This document shows, piece by piece, positions 8,572-17,594 of a stretch of 64,000 nt of DNA. The notes under the pieces are model-generated. The model worked only from the letters and a program-made list of their open reading frames with translations. It had not been told where the DNA came from and did no database searches. The stretch is from Fusobacteriaceae bacterium (GTDB lineage Bacteria > Fusobacteriota > Fusobacteriia > Fusobacteriales > Fusobacteriaceae), in the NCBI GenBank assembly GCA_051646055.1, contig JBOFCM010000129.1, positions 895-64,894 of the forward strand, given 5' to 3'. Position numbers and translations under genes: made by a program. Each line of letters starts with the position of its first letter. The first letter of the stretch is position 1.

Positions 8572-10110
8572 ATGGGAAACACAGTAATTCTTGGGAATGA
8601 AAAATTGACTTTAGAAAATTTTGTGAATGTAGTAAGACATAGACAAACTGTGAGAATTGCAGAAGAAGCCTACTTAAGAATTGAAAAATCTAGAATATAT
8701 GTGGAGAAACTTATAGAGGACTCCAAAGTTATATATGGATTAACTACAGGTTTTGGAAAATTTTCAGATATAGTTATATCTAAAGATGAAACTTCAGATC
8801 TTCAGAGAAACCTTATTGTAAGTCATTCTTGTGGAGTGGGAGAACCTTTTTCAGAAGAGATAGTGAGAGGTATACTTCTTCTTAGAATAAATAATCTCAT
8901 CATCGGAAACTCAGGTATCAGAAGGGTAACTGTGGATAAGATGGTAGAAATACTGAACAGTGATGTGTTTCCTGTGATTCCTGAAAAAGGTTCATTGGGG
9001 GCATCTGGGGATCTGGCGCCTCTTTCTCATATGGTTTTGGTTGTTTTGGGAATGGGAGAAGCATTTTATAAGGGGCAGAGAATGAGTGGAGCAGAAGCTC
9101 TTTCTAGGGCTGGAATAAAGCCTTTAGAATTCTTATCATCGAAAGAGGGATTGGCTCTTATAAACGGAACCCAGGCAATGACCTCAGTGGGAGCATTGGC
9201 AGTCTATGAGGCAATAATTTTAATGAAAACCTTAGATATAACAGCTGCAGTCACTATGGAAGCATTAAATGGAATAACGTGTGCCTATGATGAAAAAATA
9301 CACAAGATTCGAGGGCATAAGGGACAGATAGATTCGGCATCGAATATATTGCGAATTCTAGATGGAAGCAGGATGACTACCAAACAAGGTCAGCTGAGAG
9401 TCCAAGACCCCTATACTTTGAGATGCACCCCTCAGATCCATGGAGCAAGTAAAGATGCGATAAATTTTGTGCTAAATAAAGTAGAGATAGAAATGAATGC
9501 TGTAACAGATAATCCTATTATATTCCCAGATCAGGAGCAGGTTATATCTGGCGGAAACTTCCATGGACAGCCAATGGCTTTACCTTTTGATTTTTTAGGA
9601 ATTGCCTGTTCAGAGATGGGGAATATCTCTGAGAGAAGATTGGAGAGATTGGTAAATCCCCAGCTTAATTTTGGACTACCTGCATTTTTAACTCCTCACG
9701 GTGGACTTCATTCTGGATTTATGATTGTCCAATACAGTGCAGCAGCCCTTGTATCAGAGAATAAAGTTTTGGCTCATCCTGCCAGTGTGGACTCTATACC
9801 ATCTTCAGGAAATCAGGAGGATCATGTATCTATGGGAACCATAGCAGCAAGAAAAGGGTATGAGATACTTAAAAATTCTAGAAAAGCCATTGCTATGGAA
9901 CTTTTGGCAGCGTGTCAAGGGGTAGATCTGAGAGGGAATTCAGGTTTAGGAAGAGGAACGGCAGCAGCCTATGGAATAGTAAGAAAATATGTGACCAAAT
10001 TGGAAGATGACAGAGTTATGTATTTGGATATAAATACAGTAGAAAAATTGATTGCAGATGGGGAGATAGTCAGAGCCGTTGAGTCTGTGATAGGAGAGAT
10101 AAAGGTTTAA
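8572..10110 (+). CDS. hutH: Histidine ammonia-lyase
   Basis: MIO-forming Ala-Ser-Gly motif (GSLGASGDLAPL). ATG 8572 is preceded by GGAGGGA; the ORF-track GTG 8545 would contain that RBS. Confidence 0.92.
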   Translation: MGNTVILGNEKLTLENFVNVVRHRQTVRIAEEAYLRIEKSRIYVEKLIEDSKVIYGLTTGFGKFSDIVISKDETSDLQRNLIVSHSCGVGEPFSEEIVRGILLLRINNLIIGNSGIRRVTVDKMVEILNSDVFPVIPEKGSLGASGDLAPLSHMVLVVLGMGEAFYKGQRMSGAEALSRAGIKPLEFLSSKEGLALINGTQAMTSVGALAVYEAIILMKTLDITAAVTMEALNGITCAYDEKIHKIRGHKGQIDSASNILRILDGSRMTTKQGQLRVQDPYTLRCTPQIHGASKDAINFVLNKVEIEMNAVTDNPIIFPDQEQVISGGNFHGQPMALPFDFLGIACSEMGNISERRLERLVNPQLNFGLPAFLTPHGGLHSGFMIVQYSAAALVSENKVLAHPASVDSIPSSGNQEDHVSMGTIAARKGYEILKNSRKAIAMELLAACQGVDLRGNSGLGRGTAAAYGIVRKYVTKLEDDRVMYLDINTVEKLIADGEIVRAVESVIGEIKV

Positions 10111-10141
10111 GATTTAGGGAAAAAATATTTGGAGGGAAACA

Positions 10142-12166
10142 ATGATAAATAATAGAGAGATAGCAGAAGCGATGACGATAAAACTTACGGAGATGGATAT
10201 TCCAAGAGCGGTTCCTAAATTTGATCCCAAACTGAGGAGAGCCCCCATGAGAACTCTCACTCTTACAAAGGATGAGATCAAGCTTGCCCTAAAAAATGCA
10301 CTGAGATATGTACCTGGGGAGTACCATGAAGAAATTGCTCCTGAGTTTTTGAATGAACTTCTAGAGCACGGAAGAATTTATGGGTACAGATTTAGGCCGG
10401 AAGGAAGAATATGGGGTAAACCCATTGGGGAGTATAAAAGTAAGTGTGTAGAGGGAGCGGCGGCTCAGGTTATGATAGATAACAATTTAGATTTTGCCAT
10501 AGCTCTTTACCCCTATGAACTTGTAACCTATGGAGAAACAGGTCAAGTATGTCAGAACTGGATGCAATATCTGCTTATTAAAAAGTATTTAGAAAACCTT
10601 ACACAGGATCAGACTCTTGTCGTGTCTTCAGGCCATCCGGTAGGGCTTTTCAAATCTACTCCTCATGCTCCGAGAATTATAATAACCAACGGGCTCATGG
10701 TGGGGCTTTTTGATGATCCTGACAACATGACGAGAGCCACAGCTCTAGGAGTAGCCAACTACGGACAGATGACAGCTGGTGGATGGATGTATATAGGACC
10801 TCAGGGAATAGTGCATGGAACATATTCTACAATTCTCAATGCAGGGAGACTGTTTTGCGGAGTTCCAGCAGATGGGGATCTTGCAGGAAAACTTTTTGTA
10901 ACATCGGGGCTGGGTGGAATGAGCGGAGCTCAGGGGAAAGCCACTGTTATCGCCAAAGGCGTTGGAATAATAGCAGAGGTAGACCTATCAAGAATCCATA
11001 CGAGACTGGAACAAGGTTGGATAAATAAAATTGCAAGAACTCCAGAAGAAGCCTTTCAGATGGCTCAGGAAAAAATAGATACAAAAACTCCATATGCTAT
11101 AGCGTACCATGGAAATATAGTTGAACTTTTAGAATATGCCGCTGAAAACAGGGTGAAAATAGATCTACTTTCAGACCAGACTTCTTGTCATGCTGTATAC
11201 GAGGGGGGATACTGTCCTGCAGGAATAACTTTTGAAGAGAGAACGAAACTTCTGGGGGCAGATAGAGAAAAATTTAGAAAACTTGTGGATAAAACTTTAG
11301 TAAGGCACTACCAAGTTATAAAAAAACTTACTGCAGCTGGAACATATTTCTTCGATTACGGAAATAGTTTTCTAAAATCTATATACGATGTAGGAGTTAT
11401 GGAAATATCTAAAAATGGAATAAATGACAAAGATGGATTTATCTTCCCATCTTATGTGGAAGATATACTTGGACCTGAACTATTTGATTATGGATATGGA
11501 CCATTCAGATGGGTATGTCTAAGTGGAAAACATGAGGATCTTCTTAAGACTGATGCGGCAGCTTTAAGCCTTGTAGATCCTACTAGAAGATATCAGGACA
11601 GAGACAACTATGAATGGATAAAGGATGCGGATAAAAATGGACTTGTGGTAGGAACTCAGGCCAGAATTTTCTACCAGGATGCCATGAGCAGAACTAATAT
11701 TGCGCTTAAATTCAACGATATGGTAAGAAGGGGAGAGATAGGGCCGGTAATGTTGGGACGTGACCACCATGATGTATCAGGAACAGATTCTCCATTTAGA
11801 GAGACCTCCAATATTAAAGATGGAAGTAATATAATGGCAGAGATGGCAACTCACTGTTTTGCAGGAAATGCAGCTAGAGGGATGAGCATGATAGCTCTCC
11901 ATAACGGTGGAGGGGTAGGAATCGGTAAATCCATAAATGGAGGATTCGGGATGGTGCTGGACGGAAGCCATAGAGTGGATGAAATTCTCAGAACGGCCAT
12001 GCCTTGGGATGTTATGGGAGGAGTGGCGAGACGTGCTTGGGCAAGAAATAATAACTCCATTGAGACGGTTATAGAGTATAATAAGGAAAATAAAGGGCAG
12101 GATCATATTACTCTTCCGTATATAGCAGAAGAAACATTGATTTCTAAATTGGTAGATAAAATTTAA
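10142..12166 (+). CDS. hutU: Urocanate hydratase
   Basis: 674 aa, collinear with urocanase (GLGGMSGAQGKA NAD-binding region). GGAGGGA RBS upstream. Confidence 0.9.
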   Translation: MINNREIAEAMTIKLTEMDIPRAVPKFDPKLRRAPMRTLTLTKDEIKLALKNALRYVPGEYHEEIAPEFLNELLEHGRIYGYRFRPEGRIWGKPIGEYKSKCVEGAAAQVMIDNNLDFAIALYPYELVTYGETGQVCQNWMQYLLIKKYLENLTQDQTLVVSSGHPVGLFKSTPHAPRIIITNGLMVGLFDDPDNMTRATALGVANYGQMTAGGWMYIGPQGIVHGTYSTILNAGRLFCGVPADGDLAGKLFVTSGLGGMSGAQGKATVIAKGVGIIAEVDLSRIHTRLEQGWINKIARTPEEAFQMAQEKIDTKTPYAIAYHGNIVELLEYAAENRVKIDLLSDQTSCHAVYEGGYCPAGITFEERTKLLGADREKFRKLVDKTLVRHYQVIKKLTAAGTYFFDYGNSFLKSIYDVGVMEISKNGINDKDGFIFPSYVEDILGPELFDYGYGPFRWVCLSGKHEDLLKTDAAALSLVDPTRRYQDRDNYEWIKDADKNGLVVGTQARIFYQDAMSRTNIALKFNDMVRRGEIGPVMLGRDHHDVSGTDSPFRETSNIKDGSNIMAEMATHCFAGNAARGMSMIALHNGGGVGIGKSINGGFGMVLDGSHRVDEILRTAMPWDVMGGVARRAWARNNNSIETVIEYNKENKGQDHITLPYIAEETLISKLVDKI

Positions 12167-12179
12167 ATCGGGAGGAAAC

Positions 12180-13079
12180 ATGGTAAAAGTTGTACAGTGT
12201 GTTCCAAACTTCAGTGAGGGAACAGATTTAGAAAAAGTAGCTAAAATTTCAGAAGTTTTTAAACAGAAAGCAGGAGTTACCCTTATGGGATGCGAACCTG
12301 ATAAAGATTATAACAGGACTGTAATCACTGTTTTAGGTGAACCTGAGGCTGTGGCAGAAGCAGTAATAGAAGCAATTGGAGTTGCTACAGAAATCATAGA
12401 TATGAATGTTCAGAAAGGAGAGCACCCAAGAATGGGGGCAACAGATGTTGTACCTTTTATACCTATTAAAAATATGAAAATGGAGGAGTGTGTAGAACTT
12501 TCTAAAAAAGTGGCACAAGAGGTAAATAAAAGATATGGGATTCCAATATTTCTATATGAAAATTCAGCATCAGCTCCCAACAGAATCTCTCTCCCAGACA
12601 TAAGAAAGGGACAATTTGAGGGAATGGCTGAAAAACTTCTTCTTCCAGAATGGGGACCTGATTATGGAGATAGAAAAATACATCCTACAGCGGGAGTTAC
12701 TGCTATTGGGGGAAGAATGCCTCTTATAGCCTACAATATAAATCTGAATACACAAAATGTAGAGATAGCTAAAAAAATAGCCGCCGCCATTAGATTCTCA
12801 AGCGGAGGCTTCAGATTTATTCAGGCAGGACCTGCAGAAATAAAAGAAAAAGGTTTTGTTCAGGTGACGATGAATATAAAGGACTATAAAAAGAATCCCA
12901 TATATAGGGTTTTCGAAGCTGTAAAAATGGAAGCTAGAAGGTATGGAATAAATATAATAGGAAGTGAAATTATAGGAGCTCTGCCTATGGATGCTGTAAC
13001 GGAATCTTTGGAATATTATATAGGATTAGATCATGGAAGCACTGTAGATAAGGTAATAGAAACTGAACTTTTAAAATAG
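12180..13079 (+). CDS. ftcD: Glutamate formimidoyltransferase (stand-alone FtcD transferase domain)
   Basis: N-terminal CVPNFSEG signature; 299 aa, matching the transferase N and C subdomains. GGGAGG RBS upstream. Confidence 0.85.
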   Translation: MVKVVQCVPNFSEGTDLEKVAKISEVFKQKAGVTLMGCEPDKDYNRTVITVLGEPEAVAEAVIEAIGVATEIIDMNVQKGEHPRMGATDVVPFIPIKNMKMEECVELSKKVAQEVNKRYGIPIFLYENSASAPNRISLPDIRKGQFEGMAEKLLLPEWGPDYGDRKIHPTAGVTAIGGRMPLIAYNINLNTQNVEIAKKIAAAIRFSSGGFRFIQAGPAEIKEKGFVQVTMNIKDYKKNPIYRVFEAVKMEARRYGINIIGSEIIGALPMDAVTESLEYYIGLDHGSTVDKVIETELLK

Positions 13080-13097
13080 AAAGGAATTTGAGAAAAT

Positions 13098-14357
13098 ATG
13101 AAGGCAAATCTTGTTATTGAAAATATAGGACAACTTGCCACAGGGAGAGGTGTAACTCCTCTCTGCGGAGAGCAGATGAAAAATATAGATATCCTCAGAA
13201 ATGCTTATATAGCAATAAGTGATGATACTATAATAGCTATAGGAGAAGGAGAGTGTCCCGCCGAATATCTAATGGAAAGCACAGAAAGGAGGGATGTGGG
13301 AGGGAAACTGGTAACTCCGGGCTTTATTGACTGCCATACACATCTTGTTCACGGTGGTTCCCGTGAAAATGAGTTTCAGATGAAGTTAGAGGGAGTTCCG
13401 TATCTAGATATTCTTGCAAGAGGAGGAGGAATTCTTAGCAGTGTAAAAGCTACTAGAAATGCTAGTTTTAAAGAGCTGAAAGATAAAGCCAAATCTAGCT
13501 TAGATAGGATGCTGCTTCTGGGAGTTACCACAGTGGAAGCAAAGAGCGGGTATGGTTTGGATTTTGAAACCGAAATAAAGCAGTTGGAAGTTGCTAGATT
13601 TTTAAATCAGGTACATCCGATAGATATAGTTTCTACATATATGGGGGCTCATGCTATTCCTGAGGAATTTAAAGGGAGAGCTGAAGAATATGCAGAATTT
13701 GTAATAAAGGTTTTACCGATTATAAAGGAAAATAATTTGGCAGAATTTTGTGATATATTTTGTGAAAACAATATTTTTTCTGTAGAGACGAGTAGAAAAA
13801 TATTGTTAGCAGCAAAAAAGCTTGGCTATGGTCTAAGAATTCATGCTGATGAGATAGTGTGTCTGGGTGGAGCTGAACTGGCAGGAGAATTGGGGACTAG
13901 GACAGCTGAACATCTTCTGGCAGCCAGTGATGAAGGACTAAAAAGCATGGTGAAAAATGGTGTGACATCTGTAGTTCTTCCAGGAACATCTTTTAATTTA
14001 GGGGAAAATTATGCTCCTGCACGGAAAATAATAGAGTATGGAGGAGCAGTGGCTATAGCTACAGACTACAATCCAGGATCATGTCCTACAGAAAATCTTC
14101 AGCTCGTTATGCAGATAGCAGCATCCCAGATGAAATTATCTCCTAAAGAAGTTCTTGCAGGGGTGACTCAGAATGCCGCTTGGGCTGTAAATAGATCTCT
14201 CAGTGTTGGAACCATAGAGGTTGGGAAAAAAGCTGATATCAATATATTTAACTCCAATAATTTAGATTTTATAATCTATCATTTCGGAATTAACTTTATA
14301 GATTCTGTTTATAAAAATGGTCAGCTGGTAGTAAGCAATGGGCAGTTATGTTATTAG
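13098..14357 (+). CDS. hutI: Imidazolonepropionase
   Basis: Amidohydrolase HxH metal motif (DCHTHLVHGG) and full-length HutI architecture. Confidence 0.9.
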   Translation: MKANLVIENIGQLATGRGVTPLCGEQMKNIDILRNAYIAISDDTIIAIGEGECPAEYLMESTERRDVGGKLVTPGFIDCHTHLVHGGSRENEFQMKLEGVPYLDILARGGGILSSVKATRNASFKELKDKAKSSLDRMLLLGVTTVEAKSGYGLDFETEIKQLEVARFLNQVHPIDIVSTYMGAHAIPEEFKGRAEEYAEFVIKVLPIIKENNLAEFCDIFCENNIFSVETSRKILLAAKKLGYGLRIHADEIVCLGGAELAGELGTRTAEHLLAASDEGLKSMVKNGVTSVVLPGTSFNLGENYAPARKIIEYGGAVAIATDYNPGSCPTENLQLVMQIAASQMKLSPKEVLAGVTQNAAWAVNRSLSVGTIEVGKKADINIFNSNNLDFIIYHFGINFIDSVYKNGQLVVSNGQLCY

Positions 14358-14365
14358 GGGGAGAT

Positions 14366-15004
14366 ATGAAATTAGTAGATTTAACAATAGATGAGTTTTT
14401 GAGCGAGGTGGATTCGCCATCACCTGCTCCAGGAGGAGGTTCTGCTTCGGCACTTGTATCAGCTTTAGGTGTATCTCTTGTGAGGATGGTAGGGCATCTC
14501 AGCTTTGGAAAGAAGAAATTTGAAGGACTAGATGAAGGGATAAAGGTAGAGTTTAAAAGACGTTTCCAGGAGCTTAAGAAAATAGAAGAGGAATTAAAAA
14601 AATTGGTGGACAAAGATACCGAAAGTTTCAATATTTTTATGGCGGCCATGAAAATGCCCAAAGAGACCGAGGAGGAGAAAAAAATTAGGAGTGTGGCTAT
14701 GGAGGAGGCAACTAAAAAGACTATAGAGACACCTTTGAAAATAGCTCAACTTTCTAGTGAAGTCCTACATTTGCTTGATTATTTCGTAACTTATGGAAAT
14801 AAAAATGCTATAAGTGATGTGGGAGTAGCGACAACTCTTCTCTATTCAGGACTGGAGGGAGCTGTGATGAATATTCGGGTGAATCTTCCCAATCTTTCAG
14901 ACGAGATGCTAAAAGCTGATTTAGAGCGGAAGTCTTTTGAACTAAAAAAGAGAGCAAAGATAATAAAGTCGGGCCTCCTAGAGGAGGTCTATAACTTTCT
15001 TTAG
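14366..15004 (+). CDS. Formimidoyltetrahydrofolate cyclodeaminase (stand-alone FtcD cyclodeaminase domain)
   Basis: SPAPGGGSASAL motif of the cyclodeaminase/cyclohydrolase family. ATG 14366 follows GGGGGAG and lies just after the hutI stop. Confidence 0.8.
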   Translation: MKLVDLTIDEFLSEVDSPSPAPGGGSASALVSALGVSLVRMVGHLSFGKKKFEGLDEGIKVEFKRRFQELKKIEEELKKLVDKDTESFNIFMAAMKMPKETEEEKKIRSVAMEEATKKTIETPLKIAQLSSEVLHLLDYFVTYGNKNAISDVGVATTLLYSGLEGAVMNIRVNLPNLSDEMLKADLERKSFELKKRAKIIKSGLLEEVYNFL

Positions 15005-15006
15005 GG

Positions 15007-15035
15007 TTGACAAAACTCTCAGAAACTGGTTTAAT
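15007..15035 (+). promoter_or_regulatory. Candidate internal promoter upstream of fhs
   Basis: TTGACA (15007-15012), 17-nt spacer, TTTAAT (15030-15035). Confidence 0.4.
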
Positions 15036-15084
15036 ATTAAAAATATTCTGAAGAATATAACCAAAATAATGAAGGGTGGAAAAT

Positions 15085-16749
15085 ATGAAATCTGATATTC
15101 AAATAGCACAGGAGGCAAAACTGCTTCCAATAGTTGAAATTGCTAAAAAAGTGGGAATCCACGAAGAAGATTTTGAAAATTACGGGAAATATAAGGCGAA
15201 ACTTAACTTATCATTATTAAAGAAGAATGAAAGCAAAAAGGATGGAAAGCTCATACTGGTAACTGCAATAACACCGACTCCGGCTGGAGAGGGAAAATCA
15301 ACGGTTACAGTTGGGTTAACTCAGGCACTTAATAAACTTGGAAAAAAGTCTATAGCAGCGCTCCGTGAACCATCTCTTGGTCCAGTATTTGGAATGAAGG
15401 GTGGAGCAGCAGGTGGAGGATATTCACAGGTAGTTCCTATGGAAGAGATAAATCTTCATTTTAATGGAGACTTTCATGCTATTGGAGTGGCACATAATCT
15501 TGTATCTGCCTGTATAGATAACCATATAAAACATGGAAATCATTTAAATATTGATATTACAAAAATAACTTGGAAGAGGGTCGTGGATATGAATGACAGA
15601 TCTCTTCGTGATATAGTTATAGGATTGGGAGGAAAAGAGAATGGGGCACCACGTCAGGACTCTTTCCAGATAACAGTAGCTTCGGAAATAATGGCTACTT
15701 TATGTCTTTCCAACTCTCTGATGGAACTAAAAGAGAAGATTGGAGAGATGATATTTGGATATAACAACATGGGAGAACCCCTTAAAATAAAAGATCTTAA
15801 AATTCAGGGAGCGGTTACAGCCCTTCTGAAAGAAGCAATAAGACCTAATCTTGTGCAGACTCTTGAAAACACACCGGTTATAATTCACGGAGGCCCTTTT
15901 GCCAATATAGCTCATGGATGTAACTCCATTCTTGCTACAAAAATGGCTCTTAAACTTTCAGATTATACAGTGACCGAGGCTGGATTTGCAGCTGATTTAG
16001 GTGCAGAAAAATTTCTGGATATAAAGTGCAGAAAGGGAGGATTAACTCCCAACTGTGTGGTTATAGTGGCTACAGTGAGAGCTCTTAAGCACCACGGAGG
16101 ATTAAAGGACCTGAATGCAGAGAATTTGGATGCTCTGAAAAAAGGAATGGAAAATCTAGACAAACACATAGAAAATCTTCATAAATTTGGACTTCCAGTA
16201 GTAGTCGCTATAAATAAATTCCTTACAGATACAGATGCTGAACTTAATCTTATAAAAAATCACTGTGAATCTCTGGGGGCTAAAGTTGCTCTTTGCGATG
16301 TTTGGGCAAAAGGTGGAGAGGGAGGAAAAGAAGTTGCAAATCTAGTTCTTGAGGCTATTGAAAAAGGTGAGGACAAGTATAGACCATTATATGAATTAGA
16401 GCTTCCTATAAAAGAAAAAATAGAAAAAATTTCTAAAGAGATATATGGTGCAGATGGAGTTACATTCTCTATAAAAGCTAGAAAAATGATGGAGAAATTG
16501 GAAGGACTGGGATATGGAGATCTTCCTATATGTATGTCCAAAACTCAGAAATCTATATCAGATAATGCAACACTGTTAGGAAGACCGAAAAACTTTACAG
16601 TGCATATAGATGAAATAAAGATAGCTGCCGGAGCGGGATTTATAATAGCCATGGCAGGTGGAATAATAGATATGCCTGGACTTCCAAAAATTCCTGCAGC
16701 AGAACTTATTGACATCGATGAAAATGGAGTAATTTCAGGACTATTTTAA
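15085..16749 (+). CDS. fhs: Formate--tetrahydrofolate ligase
   Basis: N-terminus MKSDIQIAQ and P-loop [11 protein letters not shown] are typical of Fhs. ATG 15085 has an AGGGTGG RBS. Confidence 0.92.
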   Translation: MKSDIQIAQEAKLLPIVEIAKKVGIHEEDFENYGKYKAKLNLSLLKKNESKKDGKLILVTAITPTPAGEGKSTVTVGLTQALNKLGKKSIAALREPSLGPVFGMKGGAAGGGYSQVVPMEEINLHFNGDFHAIGVAHNLVSACIDNHIKHGNHLNIDITKITWKRVVDMNDRSLRDIVIGLGGKENGAPRQDSFQITVASEIMATLCLSNSLMELKEKIGEMIFGYNNMGEPLKIKDLKIQGAVTALLKEAIRPNLVQTLENTPVIIHGGPFANIAHGCNSILATKMALKLSDYTVTEAGFAADLGAEKFLDIKCRKGGLTPNCVVIVATVRALKHHGGLKDLNAENLDALKKGMENLDKHIENLHKFGLPVVVAINKFLTDTDAELNLIKNHCESLGAKVALCDVWAKGGEGGKEVANLVLEAIEKGEDKYRPLYELELPIKEKIEKISKEIYGADGVTFSIKARKMMEKLEGLGYGDLPICMSKTQKSISDNATLLGRPKNFTVHIDEIKIAAGAGFIIAMAGGIIDMPGLPKIPAAELIDIDENGVISGLF

Positions 16750-16790
16750 AAAAAATCCCCTCAGTTTAAAAAGCTGAGGGGATTTTTTTT
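16748..16790. terminator. Bidirectional intrinsic terminator
   Basis: A8, stem ATCCCCTCAG / CTGAGGGGAT, then T8, between fhs (+) and the YeaQ-like gene (-). Confidence 0.8.
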
Positions 16791-17037
16791 ACTTTTTGAA
16801 TTTTTTGTAAATGAAAAGGACAATAAAGGCACCCGCTGTGGCTGTAAGAATGCTACCTAGGTTAAGCCCTTGAACAGACCCGAATCCTATAAGTCCTCCT
16901 AGAAAACCTCCCACAAGAGCACCAACAATACCTAATGCCATGGTAATAAAAAATCCTCCTCCGTCTTTACCTGGCATAATAAGCTTAGCTAGAGCACCAG
17001 CAATAAGTCCCAATATAATCCAAGATAAAATTCCCAT
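16789..17037 (-). CDS. GlsB/YeaQ/YmgE family (transglycosylase-associated) small membrane stress protein
   Basis: Gly-rich 3-TM 82-aa protein (GILSWIILGLIAGALAKLIMPG...). ATG 17037 is preceded by AAGGAGG. Confidence 0.75.
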   Translation of the reverse strand: MGILSWIILGLIAGALAKLIMPGKDGGGFFITMALGIVGALVGGFLGGLIGFGSVQGLNLGSILTATAGAFIVLFIYKKFKK

Positions 17038-17127
17038 TTTCTTCCTCCTTTTAATAGATTGCATTAAAATAATATTCTAAGGAGCTGAGAATTATCTTTT
17101 TATTTTTTATAAAAGATTTTTAGAGTG

Positions 17128-17487
17128 TTAATTTGCTTTTGAAAATTCGAACTTTAATTTTTGCATCTCGGTTCTATTTTTCGAGTGAAGTACAGCAGAC
17201 TCCAAATTCAATTTTTCAATTTTTTTCCAATCAGGATTTTTATCCAAAAGAGATTTTTTAACTTCTAATCTTTTTTCTTGTATAGCTATTTTATTTTTCT
17301 CAATAGCTATTTTCTGTTCAGGAGTAAGGGAGTTTTCTAGATTTTTATTCATGCTTTTTTTACCCTTATGCATCCTCATGTTTTTAGTTAAAATTTTTCC
17401 GTCTCTAGATAATGGTGTTGGCTGCTGTGTATTGCCCAAACATAAAGCTCCTATAAGTAAGAATCCGACTATTACTATTTTTTTCAT
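17128..17487 (-). CDS. Secreted Spy/CpxP/ZraP-like (LTXXQ motif) periplasmic protein
   Basis: Signal peptide, one LTPEQ motif, a helical K/E-rich body, 119 aa. Family assignment is tentative. Confidence 0.45.
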   Translation of the reverse strand: MKKIVIVGFLLIGALCLGNTQQPTPLSRDGKILTKNMRMHKGKKSMNKNLENSLTPEQKIAIEKNKIAIQEKRLEVKKSLLDKNPDWKKIEKLNLESAVLHSKNRTEMQKLKFEFSKAN

Positions 17488-17535
17488 TTTATTACCTCCA
17501 AAATATTATAATTAACTTATTATAATATTTTAATG

Positions 17536-17552
17536 TGTCAGGGAAATGTCAG
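17536..17552 (-). promoter_or_regulatory. Direct repeat TGTCAG-N5-TGTCAG (CTGACA on the coding strand) upstream of the Spy/CpxP-like gene
   Basis: Two identical hexamers spaced 11 bp start to start, about 50-65 nt upstream of the ATG at 17487. This geometry suits a tandem response-regulator site. Confidence 0.3.
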
Positions 17553-17555
17553 AAT

Positions 17556-17588
17556 AAAAAAAACCGGAAAGAATTTTTCTTTCCGGTT
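17556..17588 (-). terminator. Intrinsic terminator after abgT-family gene
   Basis: On the minus strand: stem AACCGGAAAG / CTTTCCGGTT followed by T8. Confidence 0.75.
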
Positions 17589-17594
17589 GAATAA

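Noticed and set aside
11777-12181. 134-aa minus-strand ORF, with other short ORFs (10783-11028, 11564-11770, 11851-12060) inside hutU
   Set aside because: All are embedded in or antisense to the well-supported urocanase frame. They have no RBS and aberrant composition.
15005-15084. Looked for a ZTP (pfl) or THF riboswitch upstream of fhs
   Set aside because: The gap is only 80 nt and has none of the conserved GGGUCGUGAC / CCGCCUGGGCA-type elements.
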